Below the pieces are notes generated by a model, which was given only the letters and a program-made list of their open reading frames with translations, made no database searches and had not been told where the DNA came from. The position numbers and the translations under genes were made by a program. A DNA stretch of 64,000 nt from Guillardia theta CCMP2712 (lineage: Eukaryota > Protista > Cryptophyta), in contig NW_005434634.1 in the NCBI RefSeq assembly GCF_000315625.1, forward strand, positions 210,531-274,530. Direction: 5' to 3'. Numbering within the stretch: position 1 is the first letter of the stretch; each line of letters opens with the position of its first letter. Of this stretch, positions 34,490-46,003 are shown piece by piece.

Positions 34490-36537
34490 CTAGTGCGGGT
34501 CATGCCACAAGACGTCAAGGGTGACTGTAAGGGGGGGGCATCCTCCTCTGAGCGCAAACGCAAGTTCCTGTACAAGTCGTGTCAACACTGCAGTAAGTGG
34601 CAGTTGAGTCTACATAGGCCAGTCGCCCGAAGTTAGAGGTCATGGTCAGCACGAGCGCCTTGCTATGCGATAGGAGCCAAACGTCTCGAACGGCTTTCCG
34701 GGTCATGTCAGCAACCCGCGTCTCCTGCATGGACCTTCAGAGGCGGGAAGAGAGGAGCCTGCGGAGGATACAGGGAAGTCGATGGCGAGCTTTCCGCTCC
34801 TCCCTGTTGGCAAGTTGGGAGCTTGCGGCAGATCATCGGCAAGGATTTCAACATCCGCTACCTCGCGCATGTGCTGGGAGAACTGTCGAAGAGCAGCAGA
34901 CCCATCGCTCACTACAAGGAGCGGGGGCAACGAGACCTCCAAGGTTTGCAGAACTTGCAACGTAGCCTGCACGTAAGAGCCGATTGGCTGCACAGGCACC
35001 TGGCAGGGGCCAGGTGAGCCGGAGAATCAGAGGGGAGGGCCATTAAGGGGTTTACAGACCTCGGAGACCTTGTCTCCTTTCCTGATGTGAATGCCGATAT
35101 GTCCAAGGTTGTTGGGAAGGGGAGGATGTTGGAGAGACTCTTGTGGCCTGAAGAGGAACCTTGACAGCTGTGTTGTCAGGTCGATCAGAGGTTGGTCCAA
35201 CATGAAGGGCAGTAGGAGCCGTTTTACCATTGATCTCCACCAGAGAAGTCCATGGGACTGAAACTTTGAAGGAATCCAGAACTTGGACGCAGGCGAGTAC
35301 TCCTGTCTCCCTGGTGTGAACTCCTCATAGTCTGGGGAGTCTCCAAAACGACATCTAAGGGAAGATCAGGGAAAGAGAAGGATCTCAGGAAGAGAGGACG
35401 TAGATATTGGCTGAAAGAAGCAAGTGAAACCACTGGTGTCAAGTCGAGCAGAGTCTTCACAGGGCCACGAGTCGGTTTGTTCCCTTGTTCCTGCCAGCCA
35501 CCATGGCGATGGCGACAGCACTAGGGTTCTGTTCTTCCTGTAGGCTTCAGCCAGAGCAAGCACCATACCATGGAATTCACATCCCAACCCAACTCCGTCT
35601 TTGGCTCCCGACAGGACGTAGACAAGCTGCAGGAGCCGGTCAGACCCGAAAGCGACGCGAGGACACTTGTTGACCTGTGGCAAGCTGGAACATCGATGCC
35701 TGTCAGGGTACTGCAGCAAGGAAAGCTCTTGGTGCAGCAGGTTCGCAGCTTCCTCCCTCTCACTCTGATTGCCTTGATCGCACAGGGTGAGGAGAGTTCT
35801 ACTGCCCTCTCCCACCCCAATCCTCCTCCCTTGTAGCACTACTGGAGGCCATCTGATACCCATGAAGGGATTGGTCCACGTCCTCTCACCCACCCGCACA
35901 AGAAGTCGCTCAGAGGACGCTGCATGGAAAGCATCTCGTGCACCAACAAGGTCGCCTGCATCCAGCAAGACCATCGCCAGGGCTGCCGCGTGCCCTCCAC
36001 GAAGGGCGACGTCCATGGTCCTCATGGAGAGTCTGATGGTCCTGATCGCAGACTCCAAGTCACCCGAAGCGTGTCTGAACCTTCCGATCAAGAGCAACGT
36101 TGTCGAAGAGATTGCTCCTAGCGTGATCGATCGCTCCAGCGCCGTTATCCCCTCCTGCTCCCTGCTTTGCAACCGCAGCAGCAGTCCCAACTCCCTCACA
36201 AGAGTCGCTGATGGGTCGATCAGGACGGCTCTGCTCTAGAGTCAGTTCATATACCACACTACAAGAGAGCAAGGGAAACTCACCCGTGCATGGCCAACAC
36301 AGCACCGTCTATGTCCTCCATCCGCCGGAGAACTACTGACAGTCCGTGCCATGCGTCGGCACTTTGTGGGTTGAGGGAAACTTCACGTTGATAGAACCTC
36401 TCAGCGACTTGGAGGTCTTCAGAGGCTTTCAAGTGAGAAGTATCGTCAGGGGCCGACCCACGGCTGAGGATGACGAGGAGGAGGAGGAGGAGGAGGAGGA
36501 GGAGGCACAACGAGAACTTTGACCCCTGCTTCAGCAT
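34490..36537 (-). CDS. TPR-containing FUT8/NodZ-like fucosyltransferase (GT23), secretory
   Basis: Hydrophobic N-terminus (LCLLLLLLLLLLVILS), TPR-like helices, GLGCEFHGMVLALAEAYRKNRTLV, IGIHIRKGDK (GDP-Fuc motif I), DVWLLSHSKALVLTMTSNFGRLAY (motif III), TLDVLWHDPH*. Confidence 0.78.
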
Positions 36538-36945
36538 GCAGCGAACTGCACCATCAGAACCAGGTCATGTTCTCCTGCTCCTCTCTTCTCTCCATCTTCC
36601 CATCTTCGCCTTCATCTTAAGTACACAGCTCTTCCTGCTGTCATCCCATCCCATCCCTCCCGCCACATCGCCCCTCGCCTATACCCGACTCCCTTCGCGC
36701 CATAGCGCTACTAGAAAGGTTGACCGCGATGCCGGCAGACCAGAGTCTCGGGCTGCCAGCTCCACCAGCACTGCTCCACCAGCTCCTACATTTCACTGAG
36801 TGAAAACTACTTCGGCTCCAGGTGCAAGGAGTCAGAGTGTTCACGGTTAGGACACACGGGTCAGGCTAGGAGGAAGCCGGGTAAGGCGGCAGGTGAACAG
36901 CCGCAAGGAGGGCCTTGGAACATTTCGCGGACCTAGTCGCGATCT

Positions 36946-39900
36946 CTAGAGATGTTCACTAGTTGTGTTTCTATGTTGCTGTGTGTCTATGGTGGTGGAT
37001 CCGAGCGCCGCTCACCGACGGCTCTTTGTTTTCCTCTTCTTTCTCTTGCTAACTTTCTTCTTGCGTGCTTCCTCATCCTCCTGCAAGCTCTCACGGGTCA
37101 CCAAGACATCACAAGGCAGCAAGATGCTCTCACCGCATACAAGTCGAGGTCAGGAAGTGCGTCTTCATCCTCTGTCTTGGCTGCGCATTCTTGTGCTGAA
37201 CCCTCACACGTTCTTTGCTTCTCCCCCTCTTTATCGGCCCTCCCCCCTTCACCCCCCCCGCTTTCCTGCTTCAGCCCCTTGTCTTCCAGAGGAGTTCGAG
37301 TCTTCTCCTTCCGCTCCTCCTCCTTTGCTTCTGCTGCGGCTGAAGAAGGGGCAGCACCAGTGCCCTCCCTTGTTCTTTCACTCTCCCACTCCTCCTCCCT
37401 CTTGCCTGCTTTCTCCAGCAGAGGCTTCACGAGGTCATGAGACGAAGGCAGGTCCAAATCAGCTGCGATCTTGAGAACATCCTCTGCCCTTCCTTGCTCG
37501 TTGCTGTCCAAGGCTGATTTCGCGGAGGTCTCGAATTTCTTCATCTTGGCTCGTCGCTGAGCCTCCTGGAATTTGTTGAGGGATTTTTGAACCTTTGTCT
37601 GAGCTTTCTCCTGCTCTCTCCTAGCAACAAGCAGTTTCTCTTGAAGGATCTTCTCCTCCTCTTGCCGTTGCTTCTCAAGAGCCTCTTGTTTCTCAAGTTT
37701 CTTCCGGATCTTCTCTTCTTTCACCTTCTTCTGCTTTTCCCACTCCTGCACGTCCTTCTCGACACTGGTCTCGATGTATCCAATCAAGTCAGCTGTCGCC
37801 GAACTTTCTTCTTTAGAAGCGTCTTGGGCTCGTTTCTGCATCAAATCCGTTGCCTTGTTGTTCCATTCTCTCTTTCTCTTGGCAAGTTCCTCCGCTTGCA
37901 ACCTTTCTTCACGTGTCAATGAGCTCACCTTTCTCCTCGGCCCTAGCACTTCCGCAATCGCGCTATCCCCCACGACGACTGAGACGTCAGTCGAAGTAGC
38001 CGATGTCTGCGTGGAAGAACCAGAGTTGATCAGCTCCACCACAAGGTCAGGCTTCTGCGAGACAGACTCTGCGATCTTATCCTTCACCGCCCTGGCCGCA
38101 TGCTTCAGCTTCCGCGGCATGTCTTGCACGTGCACCGCATCGTGCAACTGCACGTCGACGGTGTGGAGATACGCATGCCCTCCTGCGCCTGGAGGAGCGC
38201 GACAGAGCACCTGGCTGTCCTTGACCCAGAAGGACTCGATGCAGATCCTGCCAGCAAGGTAGATGACTGGGGACGTGTCGACATGCCCGAAGTTCTTTCC
38301 GTTGATCGTCACCATCTGACCTCCTCTCACAGCTCCGTTTCTCGGGTGATACGACAAGATCTCTGGCGGCTCGTAGGAGAACTTTGCTGGCAGATCAGCC
38401 TGCTGATTGTTCTTCATCATCACAGTGACCGTCTGCTCCAGCCCCATCCCCTTGGGAATCATGCAGGCTACTGAAGACTGAGAGAGCCAAACTTCTCTGC
38501 GGCATCGAACGTCTCCAATCAGGACCTTTTCAAGATCCCCGTGCCCCTTGCCCAGGTTCTTGCCGTAGATTCCCACCCACCATCCTCCATACCAGGGGCC
38601 GCTAGCACTCGCATGAGGATTCGGGACCCAGCGATCCTCCTCATTCCCGACCACTTCCATACTCTCGTCGCCATCCGAGCTCAGATCCCAATCGATCTTC
38701 TCCACTCCGCTGAGCAAGGGGATTTGACTCTCCTCCTTCTTGTCACCACCCGAATTCGTCTTCTTCCCCTTCTCCTCCTCAAGGTCCGGCGCCTGCTCTG
38801 CACCAATTCCTCTTTTTCCCCCGTCCTTGTCGCCCTTCTCCCCTATTCTTGACGTCTTCTTGGATTTGTTCTTCCTCTTGTTGAACGTGTTAGCACCGCC
38901 AGCTATCTTCTCGGGTTCCGTGGAGCTCCCTGAGATGGCGGCATTACGCCTTATGTGTCGCTTCCAGTATCGGGTTAGAGCTTTCACAGACTTCTTGTTG
39001 ACCCATGGCGGAAGCGTTTCTTCCTCGTCCACATAATCTGCTCCTGCGCCTGGCTCCCTCTTGCATTCCGCTCCTCCATAACCCGGCGCACAAGGAGGAG
39101 GCGCCGCCACTTTGTAAGGGAGAATCCGTTTCGCTTCGATCTGCCTCCAAGAATGCGGTCCAAAGTGGCCCTGGGAAGGTATGACTTGTTACGAGCTCTG
39201 ACACTGTGAGGCACTTACCTCTGGCAGCTGATATATGTCTTCAAACCACTCCCTGCACACAAACAAAATCACTCACCATGACGAAAAACCGTTTGAAGGA
39301 CCTGTGGGTCCCATTCGTCTTCTTCCACACTGACGCTGACCAGAAAACAGTCCGGTGAAAGGGATTTTCAGCGTCGTTGAATTTCTGCCCATTCACTATC
39401 AAACTCTGTGTAAACCTACTAGCCCTGCTACCTCTCCATCATCTGTGACCTTCCAGACGGAACCTGCGGCACACCCTTGCATGTTCGAAGGGAAGGTAGT
39501 CAACCTGAAGCCATCCATCATATTGAAGTCTCGGTTTGTGTGTTACGTGAAAGAAGAAAATCACCTTGACAGCGTTCCCTTCTCTCGTCCAATGTCGTAC
39601 TGACATGGCACCCTCATCTCCTCCTCCAGGTGTTTGAACCTTGCCTTGGCAACAGCAACTGCTGCGTGCTCTTCCTCTACAGCATGCAAGGCTTTTGCCT
39701 CAGGAGATTCCATGGGGAGGAATCCCTTTTCAGGGCGGAAATCAGCACCGAGCGCTTCCCTCTCCTTTACCATGCGTCGCATCGCTATCGCAGCAGCTTC
39801 GTTTCTCCTCTCGGCTCTCTCCGCATGCTCGTTCGCTACACCGGGGAAAGCTGGTGAAACAAGCAGAGGTAAGAGGAGGGATCGAAAGAGGGGAGGATCA

Positions 39901-40166
39901 CCAGGGTGATCAAGCACAGGTCCATCATACTGCCAGTAGGCGGTGCGCATGGCATCTGACTTGATCGCTCGGATCTCTCCTGTAGCATGGTACCGCCGCG
40001 TTGCTATTCTCACTTCTACAGCAAATGCCTCCGCTGCCTCTGCCTCCTTGGTTGAAGCCTTCACCCCTGAGCAGTCATTGATTTCGCACCAGTGCTCTGC
40101 CCAATCCTTCGCTCTCGCGCCCTCGAGAAGGGACAGGAGCAAGAAAATGCCAACAAAGTATTTCAT
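36946..40166 (-). CDS. Secreted protein with an EGF-like motif, two IPT/TIG domains and a coiled-coil tail
   Basis: Signal peptide MKYFVGIFLLLSLLEGARA. CAPGYGGAEC. TIG repeats GPWYGGWWVGIYGKNLG..CMIPKG and GAVRGGQMVTINGKNFG..CRAPPG. E/K-rich C-terminus. Linkage of the upstream exons is inferred. Confidence 0.6.
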
Positions 40167-40758
40167 ATCGATCCTTTGTGTCAGCTCACAAACTCCGTCG
40201 ATTCCTGCATGTCTGCTGAAGAAACAACTGTGAGTAGTGGGGATGTAAGAAAAGTTCGGGCAATCGCTCCTTCCCCTTCTCGCTCCTGCTCCTGCTCCTG
40301 CCCCTGCCCCTGCCCCTGCCCCTGCCCCTGCCCCTGCCCCTGCCCCTGCCCCTCCTGCTTCTGCTTCTGATCTTGCTTTCCCCTTCCCCTCCCTCGCTTC
40401 CCGCCATAGTCTGCACTGTTGGCAGTAACCGACTGGTCACATTGGATAAGAGAGGTGGGTCCTGCAAAGGGGGTGGTAAAAACTTGAAAAGTAGGGGTAT
40501 TAGTAGATATATGATGAAAAGACAGGGGTGGGGGTGGGAGTTTGTGGAGAGCCAGCTCATGCTTGCGGCGCGACGATGGTTCAGAGGACGAGGATAGGAT
40601 GATCCGAGCGAAAGGTCATGAAGAGAAAGGGGAGGAGGAGCAGAAGCAGGGGGAGCTGATACAAGCGGAGTTGTTGTCTCGTTCATGCTGTGAAGTTGTT
40701 CCTTGGTTCCTTGGCGATGGTCTTCCTCCTTTCTGAATGGGGTGTATGCAAAGTCAGG

Positions 40759-43045
40759 CTACTGTTTTACTGTATCGCTTATGCATAAGATCTTTTGTAA
40801 GAAATCGGATATTGATCCCTTCCGTCTCCCTACGATCGTGTCTTTCTTACTCGCCCCTTGACCGGCTGACTTTCTGAAAGCAGGACAAGTGTAAAACTTG
40901 AACACTGACATTGGTAAGACTCACGTCCCAGCGGGCATTGAGTTATCAATTTCATCTTGTTGCATTTCGGAGGAAACCATCTTCACGATCTTTGCTTGTC
41001 GTTTGACGCGAGCCTGTACAAGACAAACATCAAACTCAACTTTATCTCCCTCGATAGTGCCTCACCAGCCCGATGCTCGCCAGTCGACTCTTTAGAACGG
41101 GGAACTTGAGCATGATGTCCTCAAAATCCGAGCGCAAGAGTTGAAACAATTCCGTGTCCCCTGTCGCCGTCTCTTCCGTCACACTTCTGCAGGCAAGAAA
41201 GGTGAGGAAACGAGCTGAGCCCCTCTGGCTGTCTTCATTCACCTTACATCCACCTTCGTGAGCGAGCTCCCAACAGATAACACGTCGGCAATGCGATTCT
41301 CGGAAACGGTAAGAGCGATCTCTCCGAAAAAATCTCCTGTAAACAATCGATCGATCTCTCGCCCCTCCACTAAGACCTGTTTGGCTCGACATCATAAAGT
41401 GGGACAACAAATCTTGTTTCTCCACCTTGACAACCCCGTTGTTGATGAAGTACATGCTGTCCCCTATTTCACCCGCGCGAATGACAGATGCTCCCTTAGG
41501 AAACTTCTTGACTTTGAGGCACGAACAAACAGCCTTTCTTCTCGTCAATCCAAAGCTTCCATTGCAAACAATATCTGACCTGCATGCATGCGGGATCCAC
41601 ATTGTCGAAAATTTGCAATTTTCGGATAAGCATGAATGCATGGTGAGAGCTGCGAGGCAAGCGTCAAAGGAAAGTTTGGTGACATCAAAGGAAACTTTGG
41701 CAACATCACAGGAGAATCAAAGGAAAGTTTGGCAGGACACTGCTGTCATACCTGTGCAGAGTTCTCCCAGCTTCTGGTCCGCTGACACTGATCCAAGGGT
41801 GATCCAAGCATTGCTCAGCATTAAGTCGAGACTTTGCATCTACAACAAGCATCTACTCTGAATTAGTGGATGATAACTCAAGCACCATCGTTACCTTTGA
41901 TACAAGATCCATAGCGTCCGATGACACAGCATCCCAGTATGGAGTGGGAAAGTCGAACTCCCCTTTGCGGATCAGCTGGAATAACACAGCTGTAATCGAA
42001 CAAGAAGTAAGAACCGTGTGGACCAAGAAGGATTTGTAGAATTCAAGAGAATATGACCTGTCGATTCGTGTAGAAAAGGGGGAAATCCGCAAAGCATGAT
42101 ATAAAGTACAATACCAAGAGACCATATATCCACCGATGGACCGTATCCATCGCCAAAAGGCATTTTCGGATCAATGATCTCAGGGGCAACATACCCAGGC
42201 TGCTTCATCAATCATATATCGACCGATGAACGACGAAAGAGAACTCACAGTTCCACAAGTAGTCTTCATGGTTTCGTCAACCCCAACAAATTTCGCAAGA
42301 CCAAAATCTGCCAACTACCCTCGACCGTAAGAGGCGCGGCGGCAACAGAAATATCAGACACATCACCTTCACAGTATTGTAATCTGGTGACAGTGGATCG
42401 TTGGATTTGTAGAGAAGATTTTCAGGCTACACAAAAAAATCAGAACATGGATAGCTGATCAATGCAAACCTTGATATCCCGGTGAGTAATTCCCAAAGCA
42501 TGCAAATGTTCGAGCGCCCTCAGGACATGTGTGGTGACAGTGGCAGCGTCTTTTTCGGTAAAATGTGTCATTTCCACAACTCGGTCCATGACAGTTCCTC
42601 CTGTTACCCTGCAACAAAACCTCAATTCTTCCTTCACGTGATCGAATCTCACTCACAGCTCCATAACCAAATACTTGTGCTTGCTGTCATCATATATGTC
42701 GTACAGCATGACACAGTTAGGATGATCCACCAATTTCATCGTAGCAATCTAAGAAAGATCGTATCAAGAAGGGAATTCTTGGAAGGTCAAGTCGTGAACA
42801 GGAGATTCACCTCTCGCTGCACTACATTGTCCTTGAATTTTATGCTCTTCTTGTCAATCACTTTGATAGCTACATTTTCCCCGTTGGATCTCCGTATTCC
42901 TAATCTGACTATTGAAAATGATCCTCTGCGAGCAAGGAAAGGTGAGCAACACTTCGGATGAAGGACATGCATTTGTCGTGACTCACTCTCCTATGGCCGG
43001 ACCCATGTCGTAGTCTTTCCGCAGACCCGCATCCATACCGAACAT
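40759..43045 (-). CDS. CaMK-group Ser/Thr kinase fused to a C-terminal cyclic-nucleotide-binding domain
   Basis: [20 protein letters not shown]|PEN, DFG, TTCGT|PGYVAPE, DIWSLG, CGFPPF, FPTPYWD, HPWI. Then [53 protein letters not shown]. Confidence 0.85.
41664..41732. repeat. Three near-identical 16-nt direct repeats (TCAAAGGAAA[G/C]TTTGG) inside a kinase intron
   Basis: Copies at 41664-41679, 41685-41700 and 41717-41732. Confidence 0.85.
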
Positions 43046-43961
43046 TTTCACTAGACCTGTTTTCACGTCAGGTCATGTAATTAGATTGAGCAGGGTCTTG
43101 CCTTTTGTTGATCTTTCAAACAATTTAAGAGTTTGTTCCTTACACAGGGTCCCGTTCCATCTGTCAAAACCGAACTAAGAAATTTATTGGATGAATCTCA
43201 GCCGTTGCTCTCCTCTTCATCACATCTTAGGCTCTCATTGTTGCATCAGTCTCTCTTCCCCTCACCCAGTTCGATTATCACTGCCGCCATTCCCTCCCGC
43301 CTTTCTACCCTGACATGTCTGCATTCCAAGGATACAACCCATTCGCGGCGCAGTCGTTCCACCCCTCTTTCAGACGAAAGTACCATTGGACCACCTGGGG
43401 CAGGTACCACCGTACCCATCATTTAGCCCATCTCAACACTTCCACCCCCAATTTCTCCTGTTTTGGACCCCTTAGATTACCAGTCATCAAACACTGCACG
43501 CCACTCCCACCCAGACTCTATTGGGTAGCAAGAGAGTTTTAAAACAGTGCTTTATAAAATAATGATCCCGTGAGCTATGGCACAGGTAAGTAACTTTTAC
43601 TAGTAATATAAAAGTAAGTAAACTTTTGAGTTGGCCTTGCCGGGTCACTCGGGGCCGGCTAAGGACCGGTCCGACTGAGTGCCGACTAATGGTCCGGGAG
43701 CCTCTCATAACTAGCTTGTAGGCGGGGCCAGCTAGCGGGCATGCGAAGTTCCTGCCGGTAGCCATGAGCATGCTGAGTGACAGGGCATATGGCCGACTGT
43801 GACGGCGCGGCTGCCGGGGCGCCATGCTTGCCGCATGTGCCGGCGAGCGACCAGCACAGAAATGGGACTGGTAGGCAGGGATGTGCAAGAAGAGAGCCTG
43901 CATGTTCGTGTTGAGAGCAGAGACGCTTGAGGGGCCTGCAACCACTTGAGTTCGAATCGAC

Positions 43962-46003
43962 ATGCAGCCTGACTCCTCCATCGGAACGGGGAAGCTCTTC
44001 GGCAGGCCGACGCCTGCTCAACTGCTCAAGGCCGGAAAGAGCATTAAAGATGGTTGGAGTCATGCCGGCGAAGGTGCTGACGACCCCGCTTCAACCCCGG
44101 CCCAGAACAACAATAGTGTAGAGGATCTTGACAGAACGAATGTGCCCAAGGAGGACGATCAAGGGTTCGTGTCTGCTGGCAAAGAGAGTCATGATTATGG
44201 TGAGGTTCAGATAGGAAAGCTATACGCTATTTCTGAAGAGCGCGAGCTAGCAAGCGAAGCCAGGCATTCTGAAGATGGCTTGGAAGTTTACCCGGAGGCG
44301 AACAGCACCACAGACTCTTCGCAAGAGTCGAACGCGACGGGTACAATTCCGGCACATCCACTGGACCAACCTGGTCTCAAGTCTGTCAGCTTTGACATCA
44401 GCCAAGTGAATGAGATACATTGTGAGCCTCAATCAGAAGCCGTGAAGACTCCCATGAAGGTTTGGATGTTTGCCATGCGATCTACTGCTTGCTCATGTTC
44501 GAATGCAGCTCGGAGCTGGTGTCGATGACGTGTTGTTCTGGTTGAGAAGTATTGGATTCTCACAATATGAAAAAACTTTCGCGCTGAATCGCATTGATTT
44601 TGAAGAGTTGTTTCGTCTCAAAGAAAATGACCTCAAACAGATGGGAATCAGCATCAAACAGAACAGAAGACTTCTCCTTGAAGCGGTGATGTCATTCATC
44701 CATATTGTTTTCTGCTAACCATCCGTTGGAGCAGATAGAGTACCTCCGATTATCTCTCAGATTGCAACAAGCTAGCAATGGAAAGGACGCACGGCCCAAT
44801 TGGTACCTTCCAGAAATCGACAATGCTGAAGAACAGAAGCCCGTCTCAAAGACAGATGACAAGAACATCCCTGCACAAAAGAAGGGCTACGTAACCTGGT
44901 TAGATGCAACTCATAGAAAGAGTTACAGAGGATATGCAATCATCCAAGGTGCATCACTACACATTTTCAAAAGTTCAGAGCACATTTTCCTCAAGCCATC
45001 TGTATCTGTACCGCTACAATCAGCTCTTATCGCATTCTCCTCTCTGGCTCAAAATTGTATCCTCATTCAGGTTACTTGCTCATAGCTCCTCGATTCAGCT
45101 GACATGTTGTTTGATTTGCTCTCAACAGGCTGACCTATCAATACCCTCAAAAGATGACCTCTACCTCGTTGCAGATTCAAAACGAGAAGCCCAAGAATGG
45201 CTGAATCAGTTGAATGCAGCCTCTAATGTACAGGTAACCCAGTGATGTACGGCACATCTCTCAAACCTTACCCGCCTTAGATTTCGCAGTCTAGCTCCAT
45301 GATCGCTGTCTCTTCGATCAAGACTTACCACATCAAATTGAATTGTTTGTTCGTGCAGAATCCAGCGAATCTCTGCAAACCATTTTTATCCATCGGGCTT
45401 GTGGACAAGAATGGCAACCTGGTATCAGAATTGAACCGATTTGACATTGAGCCAAGTCATGACGTGGAGTCGAAAAGTGAGCTTTCATCAGACAATACTC
45501 TCTCTGTCAAGCTGCAGGGAGAAATAACTGTGAGCCGAAAGATGTTGCAGACTGTTGGACAAGGAGCAGTGATTTTCTTTGAGATAAAAGGCTCAAGTCA
45601 AAAGCAAGCAGTTATCTTCCCCGAAACTCACTATTGGACATTTGCACTTGTTTCAGAGTTGAACAATGGTCCGACTCGGCTGAATTTGCGGAAAAAGCCT
45701 GTATCCTATGATCCTTTGATATTGAGGTCATCAACAAACATGAAGCAAATGTCTTTTCTTGCAATTGATTGCTTCGTGAAAGATGCAGCAAAGAAACAAG
45801 AAGACAAATCAACCAGCACAGGGGAGCATCAAGGCTTGGACCTCCATCCGATACAGTCACATCGTGATCCCTCCCCTGCCCGCCCCTCGCATGCTGACTT
45901 GCTCCATCGCCACAGGTGCCCGGAAGGACCGTCCTCGACATGTGGCTTAAACCTGTACAGGTATATTGACAACCTTCCGAAGTGTTGCTTCAAACTAGCC
46001 TGA
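43962..46003 (+). CDS. SAM + PH + AIDA-type C2 domain protein
   Basis: SAM: DDVLFWLRSIGFSQYEKTFALNRIDFEELFRLKENDLKQMGI. PH: KKGYVTW..YAIIQGASLHIFKS..YLVADSKREAQEWLNQL. C2-Aida-like: PFLSIGLVDKNG..AVIFFEIK..WTFALVSELNNGPTRLNLRKKP. Confidence 0.72.
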
